The notes below the pieces were generated by a model that was given only the letters and a program-made list of their open reading frames with translations, was not told where the DNA came from and did no database searches. A DNA stretch of 64,000 bases from Carcharhinus longimanus (taxonomy: Eukaryota), in contig JASCQW010000132.1 in assembly GCA_030264375.1 (NCBI GenBank), forward strand, positions 115,496,435-115,560,434. Reading direction: 5' to 3'. Position numbers and translations under genes: made by a program. Of the stretch, positions 1-12,738 are shown piece after piece. The first letter of the stretch is position 1; every line of letters starts with the position of its first letter.

Positions 1-160
1 CCTGCTCTCAATCTCAGTCCAGGCTATTCAGCCCCTCTCTGAATCTCACTCCAGTCCTTCAGACCCTCTCTCAATTTCACACCGGGCCTCCAGCCCCTCT
101 CTCAATTTCACTCTGGGCCCTCCTGCCCCTCTCTCAATCTTGCTCTAGGCTCCTGGACCT
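1..160. repeat. Degenerate minisatellite, ~31-32 bp unit, ~5 copies
   Basis: The unit ccctctctcaatytcact..ggcc.ccagc recurs through 1-160. Confidence 0.75.
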
Positions 161-784
161 TGCTGTTGATCCTGTTCCAGGCATGGGACTTGGAACTTGT
201 ATTTGAAACCTACTTTAGCTAGTGACCTACTGGCTGCAAATGCAGAGAGGAACCAGCCTGTGATCAGACAAGCAATGCTGCAGCACTTTTTTCAGTGTAA
301 GTCAGTTGTATGTCCAACAAGTTTGATGGGCCAAATACAGAGGGATCAGGGCCCACAACCTGACCCACAGGTTGTGAGATGGACAAGCTTGGTCTAGGAT
401 TAGTGTTTAACCAAACTAAAGGTGAAAGTTTATGAGTGGTACACAGCATAGATACATAACAAGAAGGTATAAGCAACTTTCAAGTTCCTAACCTTATCTT
501 AGCCTGAACTTTTAGGAATCGTGTTACATATTAAATTTAATTTCAAGTAGCTATTAGATGTCAGTGTTCATGCAACTGAGCTAAGTAAATCACAAAGTTC
601 CAATTCTTGATCTAGGCTGAATTTGCTGATTTCATTTTGAGGAAGAGCAGGGAGGGGAGTTTCATCTCCTACTGGAAATTCTGCATGTGTTGGGTAATTG
701 ATGTGCCCTGAGGTAGAATAGCTACACCATCTGTGAGATTGCACCCCAGGGAAGCCCAATACCATCAGCAAAGCAAGAGGTATT

Positions 785-1042
785 CATAGGATCACCATAG
801 GCCATCCAGCCCATTGAATCAGCACCAACTCTCTGACAGAGTATCTTACCCAGGCCCTCACTCCTTTTTTTCTAACCCCACGCATTTACCGTGGCTAATT
901 ATTCTAATCTACACATCTCAGGATACTAAAGGAGCAATTTAGCATGACCAATCCACCTAATCTGCACATCTTTGGACTGTGGGAGGAAACTGGAGCACCT
1001 GGAGGAAACCCACGCAGACATGAGGAGAATGTGCAAACTCCA
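785..1042 (-). mobile_element. HE1-type V-SINE, cut by gap
   Basis: Reverse complement shows the V-domain (gtttgcacattctcc...ggtttcctcccacagtccaaagatgtgcag) and a CR1-type tail. Confidence 0.9.
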
Positions 1043-1716
1043 NNNNNNNNNNNNNNNNNNNNNNNNNNNNNNNNNNNNNNNNNNNNNNNNNNNNNNNNNN
1101 NNNNNNNNNNNNNNNNNNNNNNNNNNNNNNNNNNNNNNNNNNNNNNNNNNNNNNNNNNNNNNNNNNNNNNNNNNNNNNNNNNNNNNNNNNNNNNNNNNNN
1201 NNNNNNNNNNNNNNNNNNNNNNNNNNNNNNNNNNNNNNNNNNNNNNNNNNNNNNNNNNNNNNNNNNNNNNNNNNNNNNNNNNNNNNNNNNNNNNNNNNNN
1301 NNNNNNNNNNNNNNNNNNNNNNNNNNNNNNNNNNNNNNNNNNNNNNNNNNNNNNNNNNNNNNNNNNNNNNNNNNNNNNNNNNNNNNNNNNNNNNNNNNNN
1401 NNNNNNNNNNNNNNNNNNNNNNNNNNNNNNNNNNNNNNNNNNNNNNNNNNNNNNNNNNNNNNNNNNNNNNNNNNNNNNNNNNNNNNNNNNNNNNNNNNNN
1501 NNNNNNNNNNNNNNNNNNNNNNNNNNNNNNNNNNNNNNNNNNNNNNNNNNNNNNNNNNNNNNNNNNNNNNNNNNNNNNNNNNNNNNNNNNNNNNNNNNNN
1601 NNNNNNNNNNNNNNNNNNNNNNNNNNNNNNNNNNNNNNNNNNNNNNNNNNNNNNNNNNNNNNNNNNNNNNNNNNNNNNNNNNNNNNNNNNNNNNNNNNNN
1701 NNNNNNNNNNNNNNNN
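1043..1716. other. Assembly gap (N run)
   Basis: N run. Another large gap lies at 8975-9898, and many ~100-N gaps occur elsewhere. Confidence 1.
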
Positions 1717-1744
1717 GGAGAATCTTGGCCCATGTTACATAGGT

Positions 1745-1945
1745 TCATAGGAACAGGAATGGGCCATTCAGGCTCTCCAGCCAGTTTTGCTATTCAGTTA
1801 GATCATGGCTGATTTGTACCTCAACTCCATCTACCTGCCTTATGTTTGGAGCACTTGACATCTCTGACCTACAACAAAACTCTACCAACCTCACTTTTGA
1901 CATTTTCAATTGACTCACACGCACCAGTTTTTTTTAGGAAAGAGA
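1745..1945 (-). mobile_element. CR1 LINE 3' end fragment
   Basis: cataggaacaggaatgggccattcagg...gatcatggctgat is the reverse of a shark CR1 3' UTR. Confidence 0.75.
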
Positions 1946-2040
1946 GTTTCTCCCTGCAGATGCTGCCAGACATGCTGAGTATTTCCAATATTTTCTGTTT
2001 TTTTATTTCTGATTTCTAACGTCCAAAGGATTTTGCTCTT
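1945..2040 (+). mobile_element. Short Penelope-associated terminal repeat fragment
   Basis: cagatgctgccagacatgctgagtatttcc...ttttctgtttt. The same family occurs in opposite orientation at 20857-20941 and 25300-25398. Confidence 0.6.
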
Positions 2041-2512
2041 GTATCACCCCTGGATGGGATTTGCGATGCCCCCGTTTGGTTCTGACGGCAAATATCTGAG
2101 ATGCCAGCTTTGAAAAAGACAAACAAGGCATGGCCTTCAGCCATCTCTGAGACAGGCATGGATGCATTGACGTGTAAGTAAGGGGCCTAATAGCTACTTT
2201 AGATTCCTGTTGCAATTTTGGTTTCTCCTGAGGCAGGCATAATTGCCTTTGTGAAGACCAATTTTACTCACCATGTCAATAAAAAAATCTACTAATCCTG
2301 GTTCCGAACACCTGGTCCTGCTGACCTCTTTATTGGACCTGGCCTCCAGGAGCCAACCCAAATCTGCTAGGACCCCCGACAATACTCCCAACCTTCTCAA
2401 TGCAGTCCTGATGCCCGTAATCTCCCGACCTGGGCTCGTACAGCGCTCCAGATTCTCCAACTGTATCCAAGAGCTTTACAATCTCGACAGCACTTTTGAC
2501 ACCCAATGTATC

Positions 2513-2832
2513 AGAGAATCATAGAATCCCAGAAGGAAGCCACTCAGCCCACTGAGTCTGACTGACCACAATCCCACCCAGACTCCATCCCCATAATCCC
2601 ACGTATTTACCCTGATAATCCCCCTGATACTAAGGGGAAATTTAGCATGGCCAATTCACCTAACTCGCACATCTTTGGAGTGTGGGAGGAAACCAAAGCA
2701 CACAGAGGAAAGCCACACAGACACATGGAGAACATACAAATTCCGCACAGACAGTGAACCGAGGCCGGAATCGAACCTGGGTCTTTGGTACTGTGAGGCA
2801 GCAGTGCTAACCACTGTGCCACCATGCTGCCC
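2513..2832 (-). mobile_element. HE1 V-SINE, full length
   Basis: tRNA-derived head (ggtggcacagtggttagcactgctgcctcacag; B box ggttcgattcc), V-domain and (ttctatga) tail. Confidence 0.95.
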
Positions 2833-3614
2833 CAAGGCCCATGAGCTTCCTACCCTAATCCTCCACTCCCAACCTGTGGCCCAACTGTTCCTCCTCCTGA
2901 CCCCCCACAGGCACTAAACTGGAACTTGGAGCACATACCAGTGCGGGCTCCTACCCAATCCCCATTGACCTTACAGTGAGGTCCATGGCCTCAAATGAGG
3001 ATTCCTTAGGTCTCACTTGAGGATGAGCTGTTAACTCTACACAGGTAAGTGTTCAGGAAACAGCTCTCCTGAACTTACCACTGTGCTCAAAATTTCATCT
3101 TTCACATGTTGAGACTTTTTCCCCACAGATGCTTTCTGCAGTAAATAACTCTGTATGGAAAACTGCCTGAGGGAACCACTACTAACTGCAGCTGAGCCAT
3201 TTCTTGTAAGGATTAAGAATTTCTTTGCTCTATCCTAAAACTTTTCAAACAAGCTGTAGATTGGATTCTCAAAGCTTTACTCCCATTTAAAATATTCACA
3301 ATTATTCCATTTTTATTGTCAACTGCTTTGTAGACAGATAACACCTGCAACTGTGGGTAGTCATGGTTGCTTTGACAGTTAGATAACAAAAGATTGCTTA
3401 ATTTAGAACATAGTTCGCTCAGTCAAAAGCTTGACAATTCAAGTTAAAAGTTTTTTGGGGGCTTAAGAGTCTTGTTTTTAAACTTAAAATTGAGCAAAGG
3501 GGTTGAAGATTGAGAACTGCAGGATATATGTATACTTTTGAGTGTTTGGTGAAATTATTTTTGCTTGTTCCTGGAAATTGGTATTACAAATTGACAAACA
3601 CTGAAGATGAGAGA

Positions 3615-3900
3615 CAATGGACTGGGTTCAAATCCTGCCATGGCAAATTGTGGAATTTGAATTTAAAAAAATCTGAAATTAAGAATCGACCGATGAAACT
3701 ATTGTTGATTGTCAGGAAAACTCATCTGGTTCCCTAATGTCCTTGAGGGAAGGAAATCCGCTGTCCTTATTTGGTCTGGCATACATGTAACTCCAGAGCC
3801 ACAGCAATGTGGTTGACTCTCAACTGCCTTCGGGCAACTTGGGTGGGCAATAAATGCTGGCCAGCCAGCGATGCCCATGTCTCACGAATGAATAAAAAAA
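3615..3900 (+). mobile_element. tRNA-derived SINE with a tail shared with a Crack/L2-like LINE
   Basis: B box gggttcaaatcc and tail gggcaataaatgctggcc...gatgcccatgtc...aatgaataaaaaa. Paralogs occur at 18770-19110 and 57470-58150. Confidence 0.8.
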
Positions 3901-4194
3901 TGTTCTAGATAGAAGGTGCAGCGCCTGAGCAATGGTTTTACCTACTGGTTCAAAGGTCCTAGGGGAGAAGGCTGATAGCTCCTGCTGCTTGATAGATCTC
4001 CTGGATCTTGCCCACCTACCCTCCCTCCTACCCACAAGGCTGCTAAACTATATTGTCCGATTCGATGAAGCCCCAGGACATACATTTCAAGATTCTGCCC
4101 ATACACCCAGATAACAGGACTATCTCCTATCTTCAAAGAACTCAAGATTGAATCCCCATTGCTCCCTGATTCCACTAGCATCCTCAATAAGCCA

Positions 4195-6020
4195 AGACTG
4201 GGTTGAAGTCAGGAGGCGGGTTCAATTCTAGGTTTAGAACCTGCCTGTGTGGCTGGGGGTTGAAGTCTTCATTGATGTAGAGACAGGTCTGCCATCCAAT
4301 TGGGCAGACCCAAGTCAGGAACAGAGGTTGACTGATTCCAGAAAGACCAGTCTTGGCCACCATCTTTGTTTTTAAAAGTCAAAGTTGTGTTGGAAGACAT
4401 TGAGGTTGCCAACAATTGTTGATGCAGTTCAGAGTGTGAATGCTGACCTTCATCATTTTTTTCTCCTCATTGTCCGATATGTGAATTTCCCTATGAAAGA
4501 TGGCCCAGCATGGGAGTCCTTAGGAAACAGTCAAATCATTGTAGAATTCTTGGAGCCTTTACTCTACTGCCTCACAAGAATACAGATGACCCTATCTGTC
4601 TCTGCGCAGCACCACCCCCGATCCGCATGGGTCTGTAGTTACTTGTGTGCAGCTCCAGCTTGTTAAAGCAGAGTGCTGGAATGAGTGCAGCAGCCCTCCA
4701 CATATCTCTTTGACATGAAGTGCCTCTCCCAGTAGCCCTATGTGACCATGTTTTAGACATGACGGCACTGACTGTGCAATGCCCTGGGCACTTGTAACTT
4801 CACTGTATCCTAATGGAATTGAACATCTCAAGGTGGTCTGTCACCCAATAACTTTCCCACACAGCAGGAAGGGACCCATGGCATGATGACCTGTACACAT
4901 GAACAGTGAAGCAACGAAGCCATCACACGAGCCATTCATCACATTTAAGGAACCCAGAGATCACAACCCTGGAAATGCCAAGACAGTACTATAGTCACCA
5001 TGAAGCAACCAGGCATACTGACTTCTGTATTTCCTACACTCCAATGGCAGAATGTCACAGACAGGGTGGCATGGTGGCACAATGGTTAGCACTTCTGCCT
5101 CACACGGCCATGGACCCAGGTTCAATTCCAGTCTTGGGTGACTGTGTGTGTGGAGTTTGCCCGTTCTCCCCATGTCTGTGTGGGTTTTCTCCCAAAGTCC
5201 AAAGATGTGCGGTTGGACGGAATGAACATTTTAATTTGTCCCTTAGTGCTCCAAGATGTGGAGGTTAGATGGATTAGCCATGATAAATATCTGGGGTTAC
5301 AGGGATATAAAAGGAGAAAGGGCTAGAGTAAGGTACCCTGTCAGAGAGTGTTGGTACAGACTCAATGGGCCAAATGACCTCCTTTTGCACTGTAGGGATT
5401 TGAAGGTTCAGCAGCCATGGGAGCAAGTCACAGTGTTCATGGATGAAAATTGACAAGGTCAGGCTCAGAAGAAACATCAAATTCCCAGGGACCTGAAAAG
5501 CTTCACCCGAGTATGTGGATGAACATTGCTGTCAGTCAGTGCACCAGGGGAGCATTGCCACACACGGCTCCAGTGACACAGGTAGTTCAATTACTTTTTG
5601 CCTGTCTGATCTCCAGGAAGTTGCCTATGTCTTTTACCACTGAGGCTGCAATGTGCTCAGCAGCTGATTTGTGGATTGCTAGTCATCACAACCACCCATG
5701 CTTGCCCATCTCCTCAATCTAGCCAGTTCAAACTGGCCCAGACAGGGAGAAAAGCCAGAAAATCAGCATACTGGCCAGCAGCAGAAACTTGTAGGCCCTC
5801 CTGCCTCCATTCTCATCTGTGCAGTCCTTCAAAAGTCCAGCACCTGATGCCTGCATATGTGCCGTAGAATGCGGAAATTGGGAAGTGGGTGTCAATGATA
5901 TTCTGCTCCTTCACAGGAGAGGAAATCTTCACAGATGTAATCCATGCAGCACCTGTGAATTCACATGAATTTCAGATTTTTACACACTATTCCTCCCTGT
6001 AAAATCCATTGAAAACACCT
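4195..6020. mobile_element. Decayed PIF/Harbinger-like DNA transposon remnant, interrupted by HE1
   Basis: GC-richer degenerate segment. The minus-strand translation near 5570-5760 weakly resembles the Harbinger Myb/SANT protein (AEHIAASV...). Confidence 0.3.
5064..5402 (+). mobile_element. HE1 V-SINE, full length
   Basis: Head, V-domain and tail (ttgcactgtagggatt) all present. Confidence 0.93.
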
Positions 6021-6066
6021 CCTTGAATAAGGTGCAGCTGAGTATTTAATAGCACTACATCATAAT

Positions 6067-6376
6067 GGGTGGCACAGCAGCTAGCACTGCTACCTCACCA
6101 GTGCCAGGGACCCAGGTTTGATTCCTGCCTTGGGTGACTGTGTGGCGTTTGCACATTCTCCCCGTATCTGCGTGGGTTTCCTCTGGGTGCTCCGGTTTCC
6201 TGCCACAGTCCAAAGATGTGCAGGTTAGGTTGATTGGTCATAATAAATTGCCCCTTAGTGTCAGGGGAATTGAAAGGTAAATATGTGGTGTTTTGGGGAT
6301 AGGGCCTGGATGTGATTGTTGTCAGTGCAGGCTCAGTGGGCTGAATGGCCTCCTTCTACACTGTTGGATTCTATGA
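6067..6376 (+). mobile_element. HE1 V-SINE, full length
   Basis: Head, V-domain and tail (ctgaatggcctccttctacactgttggattctatga). Confidence 0.93.
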
Positions 6377-7477
6377 TAATAATTGTTGCGAAACATCTGG
6401 CCCTGAAATACTCACTTTGTAAATTTAGAATTTCACACTCTCAGAAGAACATTAAAAAATTCCACCTTTCTTACTTGTTTTAAAGTTTGTTTATATTTCA
6501 GTTTCCACCTTAATCCTGTACATTTGTATTAATCTTTAGTTTGTTTTCTGTGAAATGAATATTAAAACCTACTTCTGTATTGCTGCTGATGAGAATGCTT
6601 TAATTTGATTGGCTGATGAGACTGATTTCGGCCTGATAGATGCCACAACTGGCGCTCGATTCAAAGTTGGAACGGAGAAAAATCGAAGCTCCAGAGTTTG
6701 TTAATCTCTGGAGGCAGCTCTTTTGAGGCCAGAGGCAAACATCACTCCTTCACTTCTGACTGTAGGATCCCGGCCAATGCGTTTTAAAAAATGATTGTAA
6801 AGGGGCAGTCCTTAGTCTTGGCTACAGATTCCAGTAGTTCAGGAAACACGCAGCTCCTGCAGGTGACCAGTGTTAGTAACTATCTCAGTATGCAAACTGA
6901 GTATCATTTAAATCATCTGAAGCCAGCCAAAATTATGATTATTTTTTTCCGAATGAGTGAGAATTGGCACAATTTAGCTGCCCTGGGAATATTATTCATG
7001 GTTCATTCACAGCTACGTCAGATATCATGCTTCATGTGAACACTTGGAGCTGCAAATTGGAAATAAAGCCCTTTGCTCTCTCTGGGGATTTATGGATTTG
7101 ATTAACGAGGATGTTATAAACATGAAAGACCACGTGTACTGTAGTGATAAAACAGGGTGGGGTTTAATGGCCCTTTGCCAGGGTGGCTCAGAGAATGCAG
7201 CCTGCTGCTTGTCCGCCACCTTCCTGCCCAACTGCTCCCAACCTGTCTCCTATTTCACGGGCGGCAGTGGAAAGATCAGGCAGCCCTTAGGCTTATTGAC
7301 ACCCTGAAGTAGCCATTTATTGGCCATGTAAGTGCATCATCATGTCCCTGCCATTTCTTTTTGCTGGGCAAACTGATGTCAGGCAGGACCTTTTTGAGGG
7401 GCTTCCTGTGTCCATCAGAGGCATCTCCCCCAAGGTCAACACCCAACTCCCTCTCCCCCCCAACCCCCTCACCTTTG

Positions 7478-7780
7478 GGGCAGCCTGGTGGCACAGTGGT
7501 AAGAAGTAATGCTCAACAGTGCCAGGGACCCAGGTTTGATTCCTGACTTGGGTCACTGTCCTTGTGGAGTATACACATTCTCCTGTGTCTGCGTGGATTT
7601 CCTCTGGGTGCTCCGGTTTCCCCCCACAGTCCGAAAGACATGCTGGTTAGCTGCATTGGCCATGCTAAATTCTCCCTCAATGTACTTGAATAGGTGAAGG
7701 AGTATGGCGATCAGGGGATTTTCACAGTAATTTCATTGCAGTGTTAATGTAAGCCTACTTGTGACACTAATAAATAAAAC
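7478..7780 (+). mobile_element. V-SINE with HE1 head/body and an alternative tail
   Basis: The tail is ggattttcacagtaatttcattgcagtgttaatgtaagcctacttgtgacactaataaataaa instead of the CR1 tail. Confidence 0.9.
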
Positions 7781-8824
7781 CTTACACTTTAACTCCCTCC
7801 CCAGCTCTCCACCTCCCGAACACTCTGGCCAACGAGCTCCCATTGACACCACAGATACACCTTCAGTCTGGCTTCAATAACCTCCTCTGCTTCCAGCCTA
7901 TAATTAAATTCAGGATCACTGCAGGACATGATTCAATTATCCAGACTCGCTGTGTTTGTGAATGGAAGTCATATTGGTGGTCTACTTCAGTGTCTATCGA
8001 AGCTAATAAGCCCCAACTACTATGCGGAGTATTTTAACTAATGGGCATGGTGGGCTAGCTGGTTGAATCCTAGTGCAGCCTCAATATAGGCTGAGTTTCT
8101 TCAGCATTAGGTCGACATCCTGCAAATAGTAAATGGGCCTCCCCTGGGCAGCCCCACTGCTTCTGGGCTGCCTCAGTATCCAACAACTTGGAGAACAGTA
8201 GACTGAGGTGGTGGTGTGGGGATAGGGTGGGGAGAGGTTGGAGGTAGGGGGCAGTAGGGTTTTGCGGAAGAACTGACTGGGGATGGGGAAGGGGAATGCC
8301 TGAAGTGGTAAGAGTTCAGGCTTGCTTTGAGAAGTGGGATGACACAAAATCAACCCTTATGTATTTATAAGACCACAACTGTCTGTCAAGAATGTAGCCA
8401 GGGCATAGTTGATGCTATTTAAAGACTCTTAACCTCTTAAGCAGATGTGTAAATGTGCAGTTTGCTTTTAAATTTAAAGCACCTTCTCCACACCTGTCCC
8501 TTGTCCACCACATCCTCCATTAAAACCCGAGGAAAAGCACCACAAACTGTCAGTGCTAGCTGAACTTCTGCCTGCTTCGCAAGTGCTACAACTTGGCCTG
8601 AAATTATGCTGTAAAATATCAGTGGACAAAGACCAAATGCATTTCTTTAGTTGAATAAAAACAGAGTGAGGAATTTCAGACAAACTTAGTAAGAACTTGG
8701 CTGCTGTGACCTAACAGGACCCAAAGATGTTTGATTTGATTTGAATTATTTCTGGTCATGTGTACTTGGAAAAGTATTGTTTTTTGCGTGCTATACAGCC
8801 AAAGCACCCCGTTCAGAGTATTAC

Positions 8825-8895
8825 ATCGATTCCCTACGGTGCAGGAAGCCACTCAACCCATCAAGTCTGCACTGACTCTCTGAAAAATTATCTTA
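8825..8895 (-). mobile_element. HE1 tail split by a Penelope-like insertion (continues at 10199-10290)
   Basis: ccctacggtgcaggaagccactcaaccc...ctctg continues as tcttacccaag...cctgcacatttaccatggcta. Confidence 0.8.
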
Positions 8896-10198
8896 GTAAG
8901 AAGTCTCACGACACCAGGTTAAAGTCCAACAGGTTTATTTGGTAGCAAAAGCCACTAGCTTTCAGAGCGCTGCCNNNNNNNNNNNNNNNNNNNNNNNNNN
9001 NNNNNNNNNNNNNNNNNNNNNNNNNNNNNNNNNNNNNNNNNNNNNNNNNNNNNNNNNNNNNNNNNNNNNNNNNNNNNNNNNNNNNNNNNNNNNNNNNNNN
9101 NNNNNNNNNNNNNNNNNNNNNNNNNNNNNNNNNNNNNNNNNNNNNNNNNNNNNNNNNNNNNNNNNNNNNNNNNNNNNNNNNNNNNNNNNNNNNNNNNNNN
9201 NNNNNNNNNNNNNNNNNNNNNNNNNNNNNNNNNNNNNNNNNNNNNNNNNNNNNNNNNNNNNNNNNNNNNNNNNNNNNNNNNNNNNNNNNNNNNNNNNNNN
9301 NNNNNNNNNNNNNNNNNNNNNNNNNNNNNNNNNNNNNNNNNNNNNNNNNNNNNNNNNNNNNNNNNNNNNNNNNNNNNNNNNNNNNNNNNNNNNNNNNNNN
9401 NNNNNNNNNNNNNNNNNNNNNNNNNNNNNNNNNNNNNNNNNNNNNNNNNNNNNNNNNNNNNNNNNNNNNNNNNNNNNNNNNNNNNNNNNNNNNNNNNNNN
9501 NNNNNNNNNNNNNNNNNNNNNNNNNNNNNNNNNNNNNNNNNNNNNNNNNNNNNNNNNNNNNNNNNNNNNNNNNNNNNNNNNNNNNNNNNNNNNNNNNNNN
9601 NNNNNNNNNNNNNNNNNNNNNNNNNNNNNNNNNNNNNNNNNNNNNNNNNNNNNNNNNNNNNNNNNNNNNNNNNNNNNNNNNNNNNNNNNNNNNNNNNNNN
9701 NNNNNNNNNNNNNNNNNNNNNNNNNNNNNNNNNNNNNNNNNNNNNNNNNNNNNNNNNNNNNNNNNNNNNNNNNNNNNNNNNNNNNNNNNNNNNNNNNNNN
9801 NNNNNNNNNNNNNNNNNNNNNNNNNNNNNNNNNNNNNNNNNNNNNNNNNNNNNNNNNNNNNNNNNNNNNNNNNNNNNNNNNNNNNNNNNNNNNNNNNNAC
9901 TGTCCTGTCTGGAGACAATACACATCTCTTTAACTTGTGCTTAACGCTCTCTCCACTCACATTGTCTGTATCTTTGAGACTTGGTTATCTGTAAAGACTC
10001 GCATTCCAACCATTATTTTGTAAATTGAGTCTTTATATACCCTGTTTGTGAATAGAACTCGCACTCTATTGACGAGGGGGCAGCACTCCGAATGCTAGTA
10101 GCTTTTGCTACCAAACCTGTTGGACTTTAACCTGGGCTGTTGTGAGACTTCTTTACTGTGTTTACCTTAGTCCAACACCAACATCTTCACAATCACAG
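8896..10198. mobile_element. Penelope-like element with inverted termini; middle lies in a gap
   Basis: The left end gtaagaagtctcacgacaccaggttaaagtccaacagg is the inverse of the right end cctgttggactttaacctgg..gtgagacttc. A degenerate hammerhead-like motif lies at ~10069-10107. attatctta is duplicated at 8887-8895 and 10199-10207. Confidence 0.75.
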
Positions 10199-11064
10199 AT
10201 TATCTTACCCAAGTCCTCTCCCCACCCCTAACCTGCACATTTACCATGGCTAGTCCATCTCACCTACAGATCTTTGGACTCTAAGGGGTATGTGAATATA
10301 AAAATAATGAAGGGCAAAAGGCCTCCTTCTGCACTGTAGGGATTCTATGGATCAAGTCTTTTATTTTTACATGTAAATAAGGATCTGAATTTACAGTTAT
10401 TTCACCATTAATCTGCTATGAGATTTTAGGCAGTACAATTAGGGGGCAATCACTTGTCCCAGTATGCAACTGATAAAGTTGATGCTTTGCTATACATAAC
10501 TGATGTATTCTGACTAACAGCCATTCAGTTTGGATTAATTTTTCACCCTGGGGTGAGTTGGTGCACAATACTTTGGCTTTCTGCTTTCTTTCTGTACCAG
10601 GGATGGTAATTTGAGCTGGTAATCTGTGTTGATCATAAGTAACCTAACATTCAGTTCCTGGGGCATTGGTATCCAGCTCATCATCAACTGCCAGCATCTG
10701 AATAGAAACCACTTACCAAGGTCCAGCAGTTTAAGTAGTACAGGCAGTTGTTATGACTCAGGAAGGAGTTATGGTCTTCCCGGGTTTGGGCCAACATCGG
10801 CTTTCCCTCAACAAAGCAACTTACAATGTTCATTCTCTTTTGCCTTCAGCAAATCAAAATATTTTCAATCATATATTTAATGAAAAGGTAGTAATTCATA
10901 TTCTCCTCAGAACTACACATACTAGAGAGAGACAGAGAGAAAGAAAGAGTTTGGCTTGAGTATCTTTTCACTATCCCTATCAATAAGTTTGTATATCAGG
11001 CCTCGGTATTGAATTGTAATATTGTGCAGAAGAGCTGATGGGTTAATAATATGATGATACTTGA

Positions 11065-11478
11065 GATGGCATAGTGGTTAGCACTGCTGCCTCACATCAC
11101 TGGGGATCCAGGTTCAATTATAGCCTTGGGTGATTGTCTGTGTGGAGTTTATACGTTCTTCCTCTTTCTGCTTGGCTTTCCTCAGGGTNNNNNNNNNNNN
11201 NNNNNNNNNNNNNNNNNNNNNNNNNNNNNNNNNNNNNNNNNNNNNNNNNNNNNNNNNNNNNNNNNNNNNNNNNNNNNNNNNNNNNNNNCTTGGCTTTCCT
11301 CCGGGTGCTCCAGTTTCCTCCCACAGTCTGAAAGATGTGCAGATTAGGTGAATTGGCCATGCTAAATTGCCCCTAGTGTCCCAAGGTGTGTAGGAGATAG
11401 GGTGGGGTTGGGATGGGCCTAGGTAAGATGCTCTGTTGGAGAATTGGTCCAGACTTGATAGGCTGAATGGCCTCCTTC
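11065..11478 (+). mobile_element. HE1 V-SINE containing a 100-N gap
   Basis: Head, body and tail are present, and the gap flanks overlap (cttggctttcctc). Confidence 0.9.
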
Positions 11479-11937
11479 TGCACTATAGGATTCATTGATG
11501 CTATTTCATTAAGTTATTCACTTACAGAATTCTATAAAAATCATTTTAAGCAGCTGACATAGTTTCACAAATCCATGAGCTTAAAGCTCCAGGAAGATGT
11601 TGATTTTTAAGCCATGTAGCAAATGTTAAATCTATTCAATTGTAATGTTTCTCTTTCAAACACAGCATAATGGTTCAAACTACTATATAGTTTCAGTTAT
11701 GATTCGGACCTCTGTAGCTGATGGTTTGTTACTTTTCCTGCCATACTGTTGATAGACAAATTAACACAAGACTAACTGAAATAGCTTGACAGGCATTAAC
11801 AAATCCTACAAATCACTTCCCCTCTTAAAACGCACAAATCCAGTAAAACATCTCTAACCTCCGCAAATTACTCTAAATATTTTTGAAGTTAACTTTAGAA
11901 ATAACAATGACAGGCACGTTGTATGAACATTTCAGTT

Positions 11938-12460
11938 GCATTGCACAATGGTTAGTACTGCTGTCTCACAGTGCCAGAGACCTGGTTCAATTCCAACCTC
12001 AGGTGACTGTGTGGAGTTTGTTCATTCTCCCTGTATCCATCTGGGCTTTCTCTGGGTGCGCCTTCTGCACTATAGGGCTTCTATGAACCAGATTACATCG
12101 CCAGCCAAGGGCAGAAAAAATCTCAAACTCAGATCTCCCTGTTGCAAATCTTGTTGTGGCCCTTTTGTGAGAGTTTCCAGCCATAACTGGATTGGTACTT
12201 GCATTGGAGAGAGCCAGGGAATCACCCCATTAGAAAAAGCAGGTCTTAACTTTGTTTACCCATTTGGATAGCCAAGGCACCCCTTTGGAGAGGTTTCCTC
12301 CCATAGTCTAAAGATGTACAGGTTAGGTTGGTTGGCCATGTTAAATTGTTCGTTAGTGTCACAGAAATTAGTGGGATAAGATAAGGCCTGAATGTGATTG
12401 TTATCAGTGCAGGCTCAATGGTCTGAATGGCCTCCTTCTGCACTGTAGAGATTCTATGAT
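11938..12460 (+). mobile_element. HE1 V-SINE with a ~230-nt internal insert copied from 13238-13470
   Basis: The consensus breaks at tctgggtgc (12059) and resumes at ggtttcctccc (12292). Confidence 0.85.
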
Positions 12461-12473
12461 AATAACCGCTGAT

Positions 12474-12738
12474 CCCCATGTCTGTGTGGGTTTCCACTAG
12501 GTGTTTCGGTTTCTACTCACAATCCCGAAGATGTGCAGGTTAGGTGGATTGGCCATGCTAAATTGCCCCTTAGTGTCCCAAAATGTGTAGGTTAGGTGGA
12601 CTGGCCATGGTAAATGCATGGGGTTATGGGGATAGGGCAAGGGGTGGGCCTAGATAAAATGCTCCGTCAGAGAGTTAGTGCAGACTCAATTGGTGGAATG
12701 GCCTCCTTCTGAGCTGTAGGAATTTGATGGTTTTATGA
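12474..12738 (+). mobile_element. 5'-truncated HE1 V-SINE
   Basis: V-domain and tail only, no head. Confidence 0.9.

Noticed and set aside
1-160. CRISPR-like repeat spacing
   Set aside because: It is a degenerate tandem repeat without unique spacers, in a vertebrate genome with no cas genes.
944-1750. 256-268 aa ORFs
   Set aside because: They read through an N gap and start in HE1 SINE sequence.
2750-2830. tRNA-like A/B boxes (MVAQWLALLPHS-type ORFs recur across the window)
   Set aside because: These are SINE heads continuous with the V-domain, not tRNA genes or proteins.
8906-9994. 322-351 aa ORFs
   Set aside because: They consist almost entirely of X from the 8975-9898 gap.
10825-10921. 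Minus-strand exon-like segment with strong acceptor and gtaagt donor
   Set aside because: It has stops in all three frames, and the acceptor is a CT microsatellite-like tract. At most it is a non-coding exon.
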